Origin: the human T2T-CHM13v2.0 reference genome, Homo sapiens
Assembly: GCF_009914755.1 (NCBI RefSeq)
Contig: NC_060925.1
Strand: one strand, 5' to 3'
DNA: 64,000 nt
Positions within the stretch are counted from its first letter, which is position 1, and every line of letters begins with the position of its first letter. Made by a program: the position numbers and the translations under genes. Positions 34,778 to 64,000 of this stretch are shown here, piece by piece. The notes beneath the pieces are model-generated. The model searched no databases, was not told the DNA's origin, and saw only the letters and a program-made list of their open reading frames with translations.

Positions 34778-37059
34778 TGATAGGGGCAGAGAGGAAACCA
34801 ATGCAAACTAGTTAGTTTCTGGTTGGAAGTTTAGCTAATTTTGACCTAAATGAATAAGTTATTTCTTGAATTCAAGGAACTTAAAGGCTGACTTGTAGAT
34901 GTCTGTTCTGTCTCCCTGCCCAGGGAATAGGTTTGTGATCTGTTTAGTTTGTTTTTGTCTTTTTAAGTCTTGTGCTTTTAGACATGGACCCACATGAGGG
35001 GCAGAGAAGATGGAGATATCAGAAGCACTGTCTGCTCTCCATCAAAGTTGAGAAAAATATCAGTTTCTTGACTTTACTCTTACAGGCTTAATTTTTAGGT
35101 TTTTGGCTTAATGTTTAGCTACAAGGTAGGATCCTGGAGCAATTCAGCATGCATTGTCACATTGAGCGTGGCTGGAGCAAAAGCAGTTTTTCTGGTGGTG
35201 ATTTTGTGTGAATACTTTTTTTTTTTATTTTTGGTAGAGTACTTGATGCCCAGGTGCTTAAGTTATGGAATCAGGTACTTATTTATGGGATGGACTGACC
35301 ATATCCTGAGACAGGCAGTATAGTCTAGTGATTAAGAACTTGGGCTCTAGAGCCAGAGTTCCTGGCTCTAGCTTCTGCCACCAACTCTGTTTCATAGGGG
35401 TGGTGGTGAACATTAAATAGGTTACTAGAGAGTGCACACGAGCACTGCACATTGTAGGCACTCCATAAATGTCAGCCTTTGTAATCATCGCCTCAGAGGG
35501 CATTGGGACTGTGCTTTATACCTGAAAGGCAGTTAACACCATACTAGGTGGTTGTAGGAACCTTTACTGTTAGTCTTAGCTCTGTGGGCAAGTTACTCAG
35601 CCTCTGAAAGTTAATCTGCTGGGCACAGAAATAAAATAGGCTACTCTGAAATCTAGTCATCTAGTAAGATGGTGGGTAGCAAACCCACCATGACAAATCC
35701 TGCTTCAGTTAGGAAATGGAAATTCAGCCACATACCCAGATAAGAATCTTTTGGAATTTTGACTCTACTTGGATGTAAAGCCTGTGTCTTCATTTATTCT
35801 GACCTGAGAGAAATGGTTTCAGGATCTCTAAGAAATAGGCAGAAGGCGGGAACTCTCTTCATCATGAAGCCTCCCATGGATTCCCCTGAAGGTCTCTGAG
35901 ACACCTCAATAGGGCAAGGTCTGCAGAGTCCCTTAGTACCTGGTGTTCAGGCTTCTGAGGCCAGAATGCAGATAGGACGTCTGAGATTGTTGACTTTCTC
36001 AACTGAGGAATTGGGGGAAGGAAGTGCCTTAATAAAGTGATCACTCTTTGTTCCCTTCTCATTAGTGTCTGTTGCAATCCTTTTCTGCATCCTGAACTTC
36101 ATTGGAATGTGCTTTTTAACCTGATTCAGTCAGAATGTGTAACCACTCCCTCATCATCTGTGGTCTGTGGCTAAATCTGGGTGAGGTGCTATTGTGTCAA
36201 GAACCCAAATCGGTGGATTTCTGTCAGTGCTGTAAGTTGCTTCATTCCAAAAAGTTTTTGCTTGCTTCTGGTGACCTTTTGATAGATCTGTATTTGGCTT
36301 CTTTTTTTTTTTTTTTTTTGGTCCTGAGAAGGCTTGTATCCAGAGATGCTACATGCCTTGTAAGGGTTGGGAATCTTAAGAACTTCTTATCTGACCCACT
36401 GAAGTGAAGGTGAAGGTGTTGGCAGCCTTTTAGGCCCAGGGGATGGTTGTTCCTGGGAAGGCTATCACAAGGAACATTCCCACGTTTGGGCTTTTTCTAA
36501 AGATTCATCCAAATGGGTCATTTGCTCAGTGGTAGAAGCTCCATGTGGGAGGTAAGCTGGCTGGGTTATTGGCATCTTGTTTTTTGAATTGCTTTTTATC
36601 CCTTTGCTACTTGGGCAGGCATCAAAAAGTGGTTATTCTTTGAAATTTTGGTTTGATGCCAGATTTGCCTACGCAGGCTAGGAAGCAGCCCCATCTGAAG
36701 AAATGACAAGTTGGATTCCCTACAAGAGCCCTCTCCTTTCTTAACCAGTCGTGTTAAAGGATCCCTAGGTTTGCCAGTGCATTGCTTCACTAAACAAATG
36801 TTTATGAGGTACCTATTGGCACCAGAGCAGATTCCAGGCTGGCTGGAGAGCAGCCCCTCAGATTTCACATTGCTCTCCTTACTCATTCACGTTACCTTCC
36901 TGGCCCTAAAGGCATTATGATTGTGACCCTTGAATATTACAAAAATTAAATTTTGAGGAGTCTGTGCTCAGTTATTGATGCCAAGCCATTTGGGTGCTAT
37001 TATCCTGATCATGTTATCCCTATATTTAAACCTCTCAATTATTTTTTTGTTAATCTTAG

Positions 37060-37548
<489 letters not shown>

Positions 37549-37998
37549 TGAAATCCAGAATCTTTAATGTTAGACATCAGAAACACAGATTGCTGTTCCC
37601 TCTCAGCTCCCATCCCCTGTGTCTTTCTCATTCAGTAGGTCTGGAGTGGGGCCCAAGAATGTGCATTTCTAACAAGTTCCTCTGTGATTCTGTTGCTGCT
37701 AGACCAGGGATGGCACTTTGAGAACCTCTACTTTATTCTTTTTTCTCTGCCTTGCTCTTGGCTTTCTTTCAGTTTCTCTAAGGCACCATATGCTATTTTT
37801 TGCTTTCAGACCTTTGCACACACCCTTCCCTTTGCCTCATACTTTTCCCCTCAACTCCTCCTGTTCATCTTTCAGACTATATCTTAAAGATTGTTCCTTC
37901 AGAAAACTACTACCTAATCAAGCTTCAAGACGCACCTTAAATAACTTCTATGATGACTTCATTGACTAAAGGCCATTGTTATTTTACCTTTAAAAAAA

Positions 37999-38960
<962 letters not shown>

Positions 38961-39069
38961 CTAACACAGGTAAAACTTTATATAGCTCTCTGGGATCACT
39001 TATCCCTCTTGGTAAGCACCATCCTGTATTTGACAGAGCATTTTGCCAATGCCCTCTACCTGTGCTTGC

Positions 39070-41143
<2,074 letters not shown>

Positions 41144-41267
41144 CAGCTTCTGTAACTTTTCTTACTGAGACACATTTGTAAATTTACATTTTGGTCTTGA
41201 AAGTGTACCTAGGATAGAGTAATGGAAAATGGATACAGGATTGAAAGCTGTGATCTGAAGAGGTTAG

Positions 41268-41430
41268 CTAGTGCTTCACAAACTTTAGCGTGTGTTAAGA
41301 ATCACCTGAATTACTGCCTCTACCTGAGAAATTCTGATTCAGTAGGTGTGGGCTGGGACCTAAGAATTTGCATTTCTAACAAGCTCTGAAGTGGTACAGA
41401 TGCTGCCAGTTCAGAAGACCACAATTGGAA
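41268..41430. mobile_element. MER5A-like remnant (similar remnants at ~37590-37725 and ~44440-44590)
   Basis: aaattctgattcagtaggtgtggg...aagaatttgcatttctaacaagc. Confidence 0.7.
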
Positions 41431-41759
41431 TGAGACTGAAGTAGGTAGTCACCTTTAAGGGAAGGAAAAAAAATTACTAGACTAGGAAGCCACAGCGGTA
41501 ACTAGAATAATAGTGGTGATTTACACTGTAGTTTGACTCTTGATTATTTGGAAGGCACACTGTGGGTTAAGAATGGTAGAAAGAAAAGAGACTTGAAAGA
41601 AACTAGACTTCCTGTAGCTGTGGCCTCAGTGCAGTTTATTCCTGGGTAACGGAGCCCTTGCCCTGCCAGTACCACCCTGGGAGCTCCTCTGCTCTATGGT
41701 GCTCATCACTGGATCCCTTCCTTTAGTGGGGCCAAACTTAGTTGGTCACCAAATCTTAG

Positions 41760-43260
41760 TCTACCACAGAAATGGTTTTTGCTTTTGAATCTGGTTTCCC
41801 CTCTCTTTCTCCACTGCCTTTTGTTTTTTCGGGTCCCTGTTATCTCTCACCTGGTGTCTTGCCACAAACTTCTGACTGTTCTGTTTCTTTTCTTCCTCTT
41901 TTCCTTCCAAGTCTGTCCTCAGCATAATCACCAGAGTGATCATCTTAAAAAAAAAAAAAAAGAAAAAAAAAACCTGGCCAAGTTATGTTAATGCTTTAAA
42001 ACCTGGCTACGTGTTGTCTGTAGATTTAAGTCCAAGTGTGACATACAAGTAAGTTTTTTTGGGATCTGGAGGATGAGGAGAGATGTAGGTAAGTTTCCTG
42101 TCCCTGGAGTAAAACCTGGCACACTTTTTGCTATGGGTGTTATGTAGAAGACAAACAGACATTTGACAAGGGTTGAACTTGTGTGACTTCTGAGGTCATT
42201 TGAACTCTTGGGTCCATGATTCCGAATATGATACGATGATTCCTAAAGGATCCTCCTGTGTTTCATTAGTAAAATAGACATAAAACAGAAGACCATGTGC
42301 CTGTATGTTATAATGAGTGCTGTCAGAGTTTGGTGAAGTCACTGATCCATTTATGTCTCAATAGTTGAAGGAAGAAGTCATGTTGAAGTTCAGTCAGTAT
42401 GAGCTAGATGTGGATGTATTTAAGTGGTTAGTTACAAAGGGAAAGTCCAGCTTGAACAGAGGCCATGCAGGGATGGGGATGAGGTGCAGTATAGATACTT
42501 GGGGGCTGGTCAGCTTCCAGGGGTGGGAAGTAACAGGAAGGAAAGCTAGATCACAGGGATCCTGCTGAGCTTAAGCCATTTAGATCTGATCTTATGGGCT
42601 TGCAGATAGGTAACTGGGGCAATCATGTGATAAAACTAATGTTTTACAAAAATGATCCATTAGTTTGTAGTATGCTTTGAAAACGGGAGAGTCTTAAAGC
42701 AGTGGAATAAGTTAAACCGTAGAACTACTTCTGGCAAGAGGTATGGAGTTCTGGTCCTTCTGTCTCATTTGCATAGCCACCTGCTCCCACATGTGGAACA
42801 TGCAGGAAAGAATACAGGACTGAGAATAAGTGGGTTCTGTGTGGTGGAATATTTAAAGATTTTGATTGACTGGTGGGCAGGGGGAGTCTCATTTTTGAGG
42901 AAAAGTTAAATTCCATATTTATTTTGTGGAATATAATATAGTAAGATTTCTGAAAACAAATGTCCAGTTTCTAGTTGGAGATAAGAAACTGAAACTTGGG
43001 TAAGACCTGAGTCTGGATACAAGTTTGCGAGTTACCTGTGTGGTAGTTAATAGTTAAACCATAGAATGAAACAGGCCTCCTAAACTGGAGTTTAGAGATA
43101 GAAGCCAGATGGAGCTCTGGACGATGCCGGAGGCCATCAGGTAGAAGCAGCCAACAGAGAGTTGGAGAGATCGGAGAAGGACCAGGATTGTGTAATATTT
43201 CTGGAAGCCAAGGGAGGAGGGACGAAGTCAAATTTATATTTCAAAGAAAATAGGTAGTTG
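41760..43260. mobile_element. Degenerate L2 LINE fragments
   Basis: L2-like phrases (ccagagtgatcatctt; ctggaagccaagggagg; gatgtggatgtattt); highly diverged. Confidence 0.45.
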
Positions 43261-44644
43261 GGTTTGTCATAAAGCATTTTATTGGGATCCTTTTTAGATA
43301 AGGAAAAGGCCTTATTTCTGAGGGCTTGAGAAAAGGAAATGAGCAAGGGAAAGGGAAAGAGCACTCTTGAAATGCACTGAGAAAAAGGAGAGTCTGGCTG
43401 AATCAGTCCAATTCCTCCGCTTCATCCCAAAGACCCGCATGTGTATAAGGCAGATGGAAGAGGGAAAAGTGAAGGTGCTGGCAGAATATTAGGAGGGTAT
43501 AAACAGGCACATCTTTCTGGAGTTGTGAGAAAAAGGAATCAAAGGCATCCACTGGATTAATTTCTAAGGGACGCTATACCCTTGGCTGAAAAAAAGGTAA
43601 TCTTAAAGACTGTTGTTGAAGATTGGATCATACTCATTTCCTCAGGTTAGGTAGGAGTGAATGTTATTGATATCAGGAGGGAGGTGGAGAACAGAATTAG
43701 GATCTGTAATGTCTATCAAATTATCCCTTGAGTTTCTGAGCCATTCTTTAGATTTCACTTAACATCTTAGCTATTACCCTTCGTATTTTTACTTCTGTAA
43801 TGCTCTCAGACGCTGAGATCTTGGAATTACATTGGTCTAGAAAGAGGAAATGCGAGGGAGCTATGCTGTCCCTGTAGAATCCAGATTTTAGAGGGCAGGA
43901 GTAAGGCCAGGCAAGGAGCTACAGTCAACATCAGTTATTCTGAAAAGATAGGAATTGGAAGGTACAGAATACCCACTCCTGTTTTACATATGAAAAACCA
44001 AGGGTCAGAATCAAGATTTGAATCTAGCTCTGATATTTCAGGTGAAATATTTCCTCCAGCATCCCACCCAGTAGAGGAAAGACATGGACAATCTGATCCT
44101 CTCTTCATTTTTAGGCAAAAAACTCAACTCTTTGCCATTTAGCATTTGCTAGACTTGTCCTAAAAGGAATGTCAATGGATTTCCATTTTACTTCTGTTTT
44201 CCCAGACATCCCTGTGATGGAGGCACAGATGAGCTGTGGAAAGAGCGAGTGGTAGGAAAGATAGCCAAACCTATAGGACCTGCTTGGAGGAACTAGCCAA
44301 CTAGGGAATCGCCTCAAACAGTGAACCGTTGACTAGAGTTTGGTTATTTGGTTCCTGTGTGGGATGAGAGCAAGCCCTGTTCTGTGTCTGTCTTCTTAGA
44401 ACATACTGTCCTGGTCAGTGCTAACTTTAATCAGTTAGATCCTTGCTACTCAGTGTGGTCCATTGTCTAGAAGCACCAACATCACCTGGAAGCTTGCTAG
44501 AAATGTAGATTTTCAGGCCCCATCCTAGATTTATTGGATCTAACTGTTAATAAGATCTCTAAGTGATTCATGTGTCTAATGGTTTAGAAGCACAGAGACC
44601 CTGAGAGCTGAGAGTAAAATTTTCAAATGAAATATCAAGCTGGT

Positions 44645-53240
<8,596 letters not shown>

Positions 53241-55755
53241 TCACAGATTTGTAGAGTTTGATTATCTAGTGTAAGTCTTTCCTTCAATAAAGGAGTTAAG
53301 TGAGCCTCGTGAGGTTAGCCAGTTGAGTCAAGTAGCTAATCACGCAGCATGTCTGGTGATATAGGTTGTTGGCCTTACCTCTATTGGAGCATGGAACCCA
53401 GCCTTTGATCATGTCAAGCTTCTATTAATACCTTATGGAAAGAGTGTAAAGTAATAATGGATTTGAACCTCAGGTCTATTTAATAGCTGTCTGTCCTTGG
53501 GCAAGTCACTTCTGAACCTGCTTCTTTGTTAAAATGGGGGTAATACCTATATCAGAAGATGATTGTGAAAATTAAATGAGAGTCAACCACTCACCTTAGG
53601 GTTGAATATGTGATAGTCACATATTCATGTCAATTCTGCTTCCTTTCAAAAGGAATATATAAAGGAACTTTATTAACTTTATCTAACATCCTTTGTATTT
53701 GGAGATTTGGTCTCCAGAGCTTTCTTTATGAATTCTGATGTGTATATAGGGAGTTTCCTCTTGGAGACGGGCCCCTGAAAAGCATTCTGGAGACAAGAAG
53801 AGTCTTAACCCTTCTCTCCTGTGTCTTCCCCGTCAGGTGGCCAAAAGGTATCAGGAAGAATGAATCATTATCTTCAGAACAATAGCCTATGTAGAAAAAG
53901 AGAAGAGGGAGTTTGGTGGGGGATTTCATCCTATGCAATGGTTTCTAAGATACAAACCAAGTTTTTGGAAACTTGACGGGGGCAAGTAGGAAACACATTT
54001 TTCTAAACCTTTCCTGGAGTAGTTTCTGCTGTTCCAAACCATGGAGGTAGTCCATGTAGGTGATAGGGCTTGGTCCTACACTAAAAGGGTAGTGTCAACC
54101 TCTGCATCTTTTCTTCCCGTTCCTTAGTACCTGCTTAATTAACTTCTGACCTGGAATTACCACCGGGTGTGAAAGGCAGCCTATTCTGTGTGTTGATTCT
54201 TTCTTGGCATTTCAGTTAACATCAGCAAGCCTGCTCTCTATGCATAGGTGGCAGTTAATCTGTTGGATTGAGACCACTCCGTGGAATAATGTCACAGCAG
54301 TTCTGTAACTTTTGGAGTCCCTACCAGTCTGGGGTGGGTCAAATTTCTCTTTCTTACATTTATAGCAAAGACTAAGGAGAAAAAAAGAACTTATGACTGA
54401 AACTTTATTGTACAAGTGTTCAGTAGAGGTAGTCCCTTCTCCTCTGCTACCCTCAACAAGTTGTTGCTTAAGGAAGGTTTTATGAAAAGCCAAGTCTCCC
54501 AAAAACTTATTTGCCTTAAGTAATTAATTTTGTCTCAGTTTTTCTTCCTTAAAGTTTAAGGCTATTGCCTCCTCTCCTACCTTTTCCTTTTCTTCATGGG
54601 TTATGTTTCCCAGTCTCTTCTGTGTTCTTCAGGATTTCCTCCCATTCTTCAGCATGAGAGCAGCCTAGGGGCGGGGCGGGGATAAGGGACTGACAAATTA
54701 CTAGTGTAGATTTGGTCATTATGGAATTTTTTATTCAAGTATTGTCATTTAAGTGGGGATGGCTGAGCTGCAAGGTTCCCAGTGCACACACTTACTACAG
54801 GCATGTGCGTAGGATTTACCTGGTTCTCATGACGGGTGGTTTACCTGCCAGTATCAGCACAACTCAGCAAAAGCTTTTCCCAACTAAATGGGTACAAGAA
54901 CTCCATCTGGGATTCCCCAAGGATTTAGCCAGATTTATGGGAAAACCCTAAATCTGAGCATTGCCATGAGCCTATTCTTTATACTTAACCTGTTGCCATT
55001 TAACCTGCTCAGCAAAATGAACTGATGTCATCCTCATGTGGCTCTATTGGGAGATAATTTAAACTTCCCTCCTCTAACCCTGATCTGGTGTCTTCCTGCT
55101 TAAAAATATTCTTCAGTGGGCAGCCAATTCATCTTAGAACTTGCAGTTCTTCCTGTGAGAGTACCAGCACCCCCACCGTCCCTACCCCACAAAATAAGGT
55201 ATGGACTGTGTGATTTCAGGCATGGTTTTGTTGTGGTGTGAAGAGAAGGTGTTTAGCTGCTGAGTTCTGTTTGTTAGCAGAGCCTGACAAACTCATGCTG
55301 GCACTCACTAGGGCTGGGCAACCAATCACAGCTGGGACGGTTATCGTCATGGAGTCCCTATGGGCTTCCTCTATCAGGTCACATCCCAAAATAACATTGG
55401 GCAGTATTTCAACTGAAGAAATGAAGGCTTTCAGGGCTGTAGCCAGCCTGGAGTGTGAGATTCTGTGTGAAATAGTTGGATCTGCTCCAGCGCTTTTGAT
55501 CTGCATGGTAGATGAGCAATAAAATGCACAAAACACATTGGAAACACGTGAGGAAATTCTCCTGGCCCTGCTGCTTCCTTGGAACTGGTAGGGCACTGAG
55601 TGGGCTGATCCTCACCTCCCATCTCTCAGCAGGATTATACTTGGAGGAGAACAAACCCGGGAAAAGAAATCTTCCCATTAAAGGGGCATTGCTACAGTTA
55701 TTTCCGCAGTCCTTCCAGAAGATGCCTGTTAGGTGTGCTCTTTTGGGAGAATTGA

Positions 55756-57185
<1,430 letters not shown>

Positions 57186-57644
57186 TTAATCGTAAATGAT
57201 TTACCCCTTTCTATGCTAACATTTTGGCTCTTAAAATTATTTGAAACCAACTATCTGATGCTGACCAGTTGCCATCTAATGAAAATGACAGTTTGAGAGG
57301 TTGGCCTCAAGCCAACCAAATCAGAGAGATAAGAAGATTAATGCTCTTCCTTCCCTAGTATTTTTCTATACCCAGGCATCCCAGCCAGGTGGGACTACTG
57401 TTGACAGTGGTTTATTTAGCACTTTTTCTCCAAGAAGCTCAGGGCACTTTACCAAAAGTGACAGCTCTCCTGAAGAAGGGGAAGCCACCTCTTTGCCAGC
57501 CACAGATGCCTCCAGAGTTCTGAGACCCCAGCCCCAAGAGCTACAGAGGTTTTCTTTAGGCTCCTAGGATCCCTCAGGTGGACCAGGGGCATTCTCCTTT
57601 TGGATCTATGGTGAGCCTGGTTTTTTAACTGAAAGTGTGGCTGA

Positions 57645-61463
<3,819 letters not shown>

Positions 61464-62360
61464 CAGTGTGTTTCTTTAAGAGAACTCTTTATTTACCATT
61501 TAAGTATCAGGGTTTTCATCCTTTCTTCAATTACAGTTAGTTCCCAGCCTGAAGTAATGTTGCTAGAGAATGAACATGGGGCAGGGGATGGAGTTAGGGT
61601 ACATTTTCTGGGGTGAATATTTTTCATATTGAGCTCCTGTTTGCTAATACTGGAGTTTGTTGACCTAGAGTGAACTCTTTATTGATTAACTGAAGACAAG
61701 CAAAGCCTACAAACAAATACCAAGTTCTCACTGAAAAACATAAAAGCTGGGAAAAAAACAGAATTTGTTCAATTGGCAAACATTTGTTGATTACTGTTAT
61801 AGACCAGGTGTTAGGAGTGTAGTCCCAGACCTTCTTGGCAGTTAAGAAATTGTCTTTCTCATCCAATGTCTCTCTTTCTTACCTCCTACCCCTTATGTTG
61901 CAAAGTATGGTGACTTGGAGTGAGTCCTTGGCAAATGGAGGCTGTGATAATCTATAGTAATAATCATCATTGTAATATATAATAGAAGGAGAGGGGATCT
62001 ATAAATGTTTCCCAAACTTGTTAACATTCTCTTGTAGCTCCTGGTGCCATCCTGGCAGCATTTTGTAAAGTTTTGCTATTAGAAAAGAACTAAAGCCTCA
62101 CTGAAATAGTTGCTTTCTTATGACTGTAGAAGTTATGACTGGGAAAGAAGACAAAAGTGCTAGATCTGCTTCTGAGGGGATAGAATAGGAGTCAGCAAAA
62201 CTCAGTCACACCATTGTTTGTATATTGTCTGACTACTGTTGCACTATAGTGTCAGAGTTGAGTAGTTTTGAAGGAGGCTTTATGGCCCACAAAGGTCTAA
62301 TATATATTCCACCTGGTCCTTAACAGAGTTTGCCATATGTAAGTTATAGTATGATGACTA

Positions 62361-62653
<293 letters not shown>

Positions 62654-62811
62654 TTTTTTTTTTTAATAAAAATAGTATCATGACTAAAGAACGTGTGTGA
62701 TGTATTTGCTCTTGGTTGTTTAAGGAAAATGCTAAGCAAGTAGTAGGATTATTGAAAGTAGAATCTTTCTGCCTAATATTACTAATCCATGTTCTTATAT
62801 ATATGTTCTAG

Positions 62812-63102
<291 letters not shown>

Positions 63103-63284
63103 TAATATTAAGGAGCCCTAGTCTTCCACTGGCAGAGAAAGCATCTCTGGCTCATGCCTGCATAGTTTCCCCTTAGCATTTGGAGAAGGAGATTGGAACC
63201 TGTTGGCTGGATCTCTTTGTGTGTGATACTGGGAGGTACTTGGCCTCTTCATGAGCCATTTCTAGCTCTGAATTAACTTCCTAG

Positions 63285-63476
<192 letters not shown>

Positions 63477-63559
63477 TGAGTGCCCTATGCAGTAGCTTTT
63501 GGAGAGCTGTTTGACCATGAAGCTTAGGACAATCCCTGCAGCAAATTGTTTTTATATTC

Positions 63560-63690
63560 TTTAAAAGTTGACGTAATAATTGTACTCATTTATGGGGTAC
63601 ATAATGATGTTTCAATAGAAGTAACGTATAGTGATCAGATCAGGGTAATTAGCAGATATATAATCTCAAACACTTATTACTTCTTTGTGC
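63560..63690 (-). mobile_element. Old L1 (L1M-type) 3' end fragment
   Basis: taataattgtactcatttatggggtacataatgatgtttcaata...tgatcagatcagggtaattagca. Confidence 0.65.
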
Positions 63691-64000
63691 TGAGACCCAG
63701 CAGCAAATTGTGAAGTTAGAGTGGGCTTGGCCGTGTTAATGTCTCCATTTCACAGTACTTGTCTGTGTTTTGATGGTTGCCCCCTTACATTTTGCCTCAT
63801 TTGGTCGGCAGTTGCTGAAGACTCAATGTTCGGTCTTCACTCATCAAGTCATTCATTTTGGTTTTTGTCATTGTTCTTTGTCTTTTCAAACCTCCATTTA
63901 GTAGAAACAGCTGGCATGCCCTGGTTAATGGTTCATGTCACTCTGAAGGTGCCTAAAATGACACACCACTATATAGAAAATCAGATAGAGACTCCATGCA

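Overview
Human (primate) genomic DNA, very Alu-rich (roughly 55 Alu copies or fragments by eye), lying entirely inside ARID1A (BAF250A, the DNA-binding subunit of cBAF/SWI-SNF) on the + strand. The window covers most of intron 1 (1-31608), coding exons 2, 3 and 4 (31609-31821, 33110-33562, 34634-34750), the ~28 kb intron 4, and exons 5 and 6 (62812-63052, 63340-63429). All boundaries are AG/GT and the exons splice into one continuous frame. Nearly all other ORFs in the track are Alu-derived or chance ORFs. Most interesting: exons 2-4 form a 783-nt, all phase-0, stop-free block between two very long introns with oppositely oriented Alus, so a back-spliced circle would carry an endless ORF of a prion-like Q/P/S/Y unit. 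Exon 3 is also open in all three sense frames. The introns hold several readable structural fossils: three Alus serially inserted at one target site inside a local duplication, an Alu-seeded tandem duplication, a head-to-head Alu hairpin with a 20-nt loop, nested DNA transposons and a possible micro-inversion. There are also a few repeat-free, motif-dense candidate enhancers. I see no evidence for a novel independent gene, RNA gene or prokaryote-type system. Repeat subfamily names and repeat boundaries are by eye and approximate.
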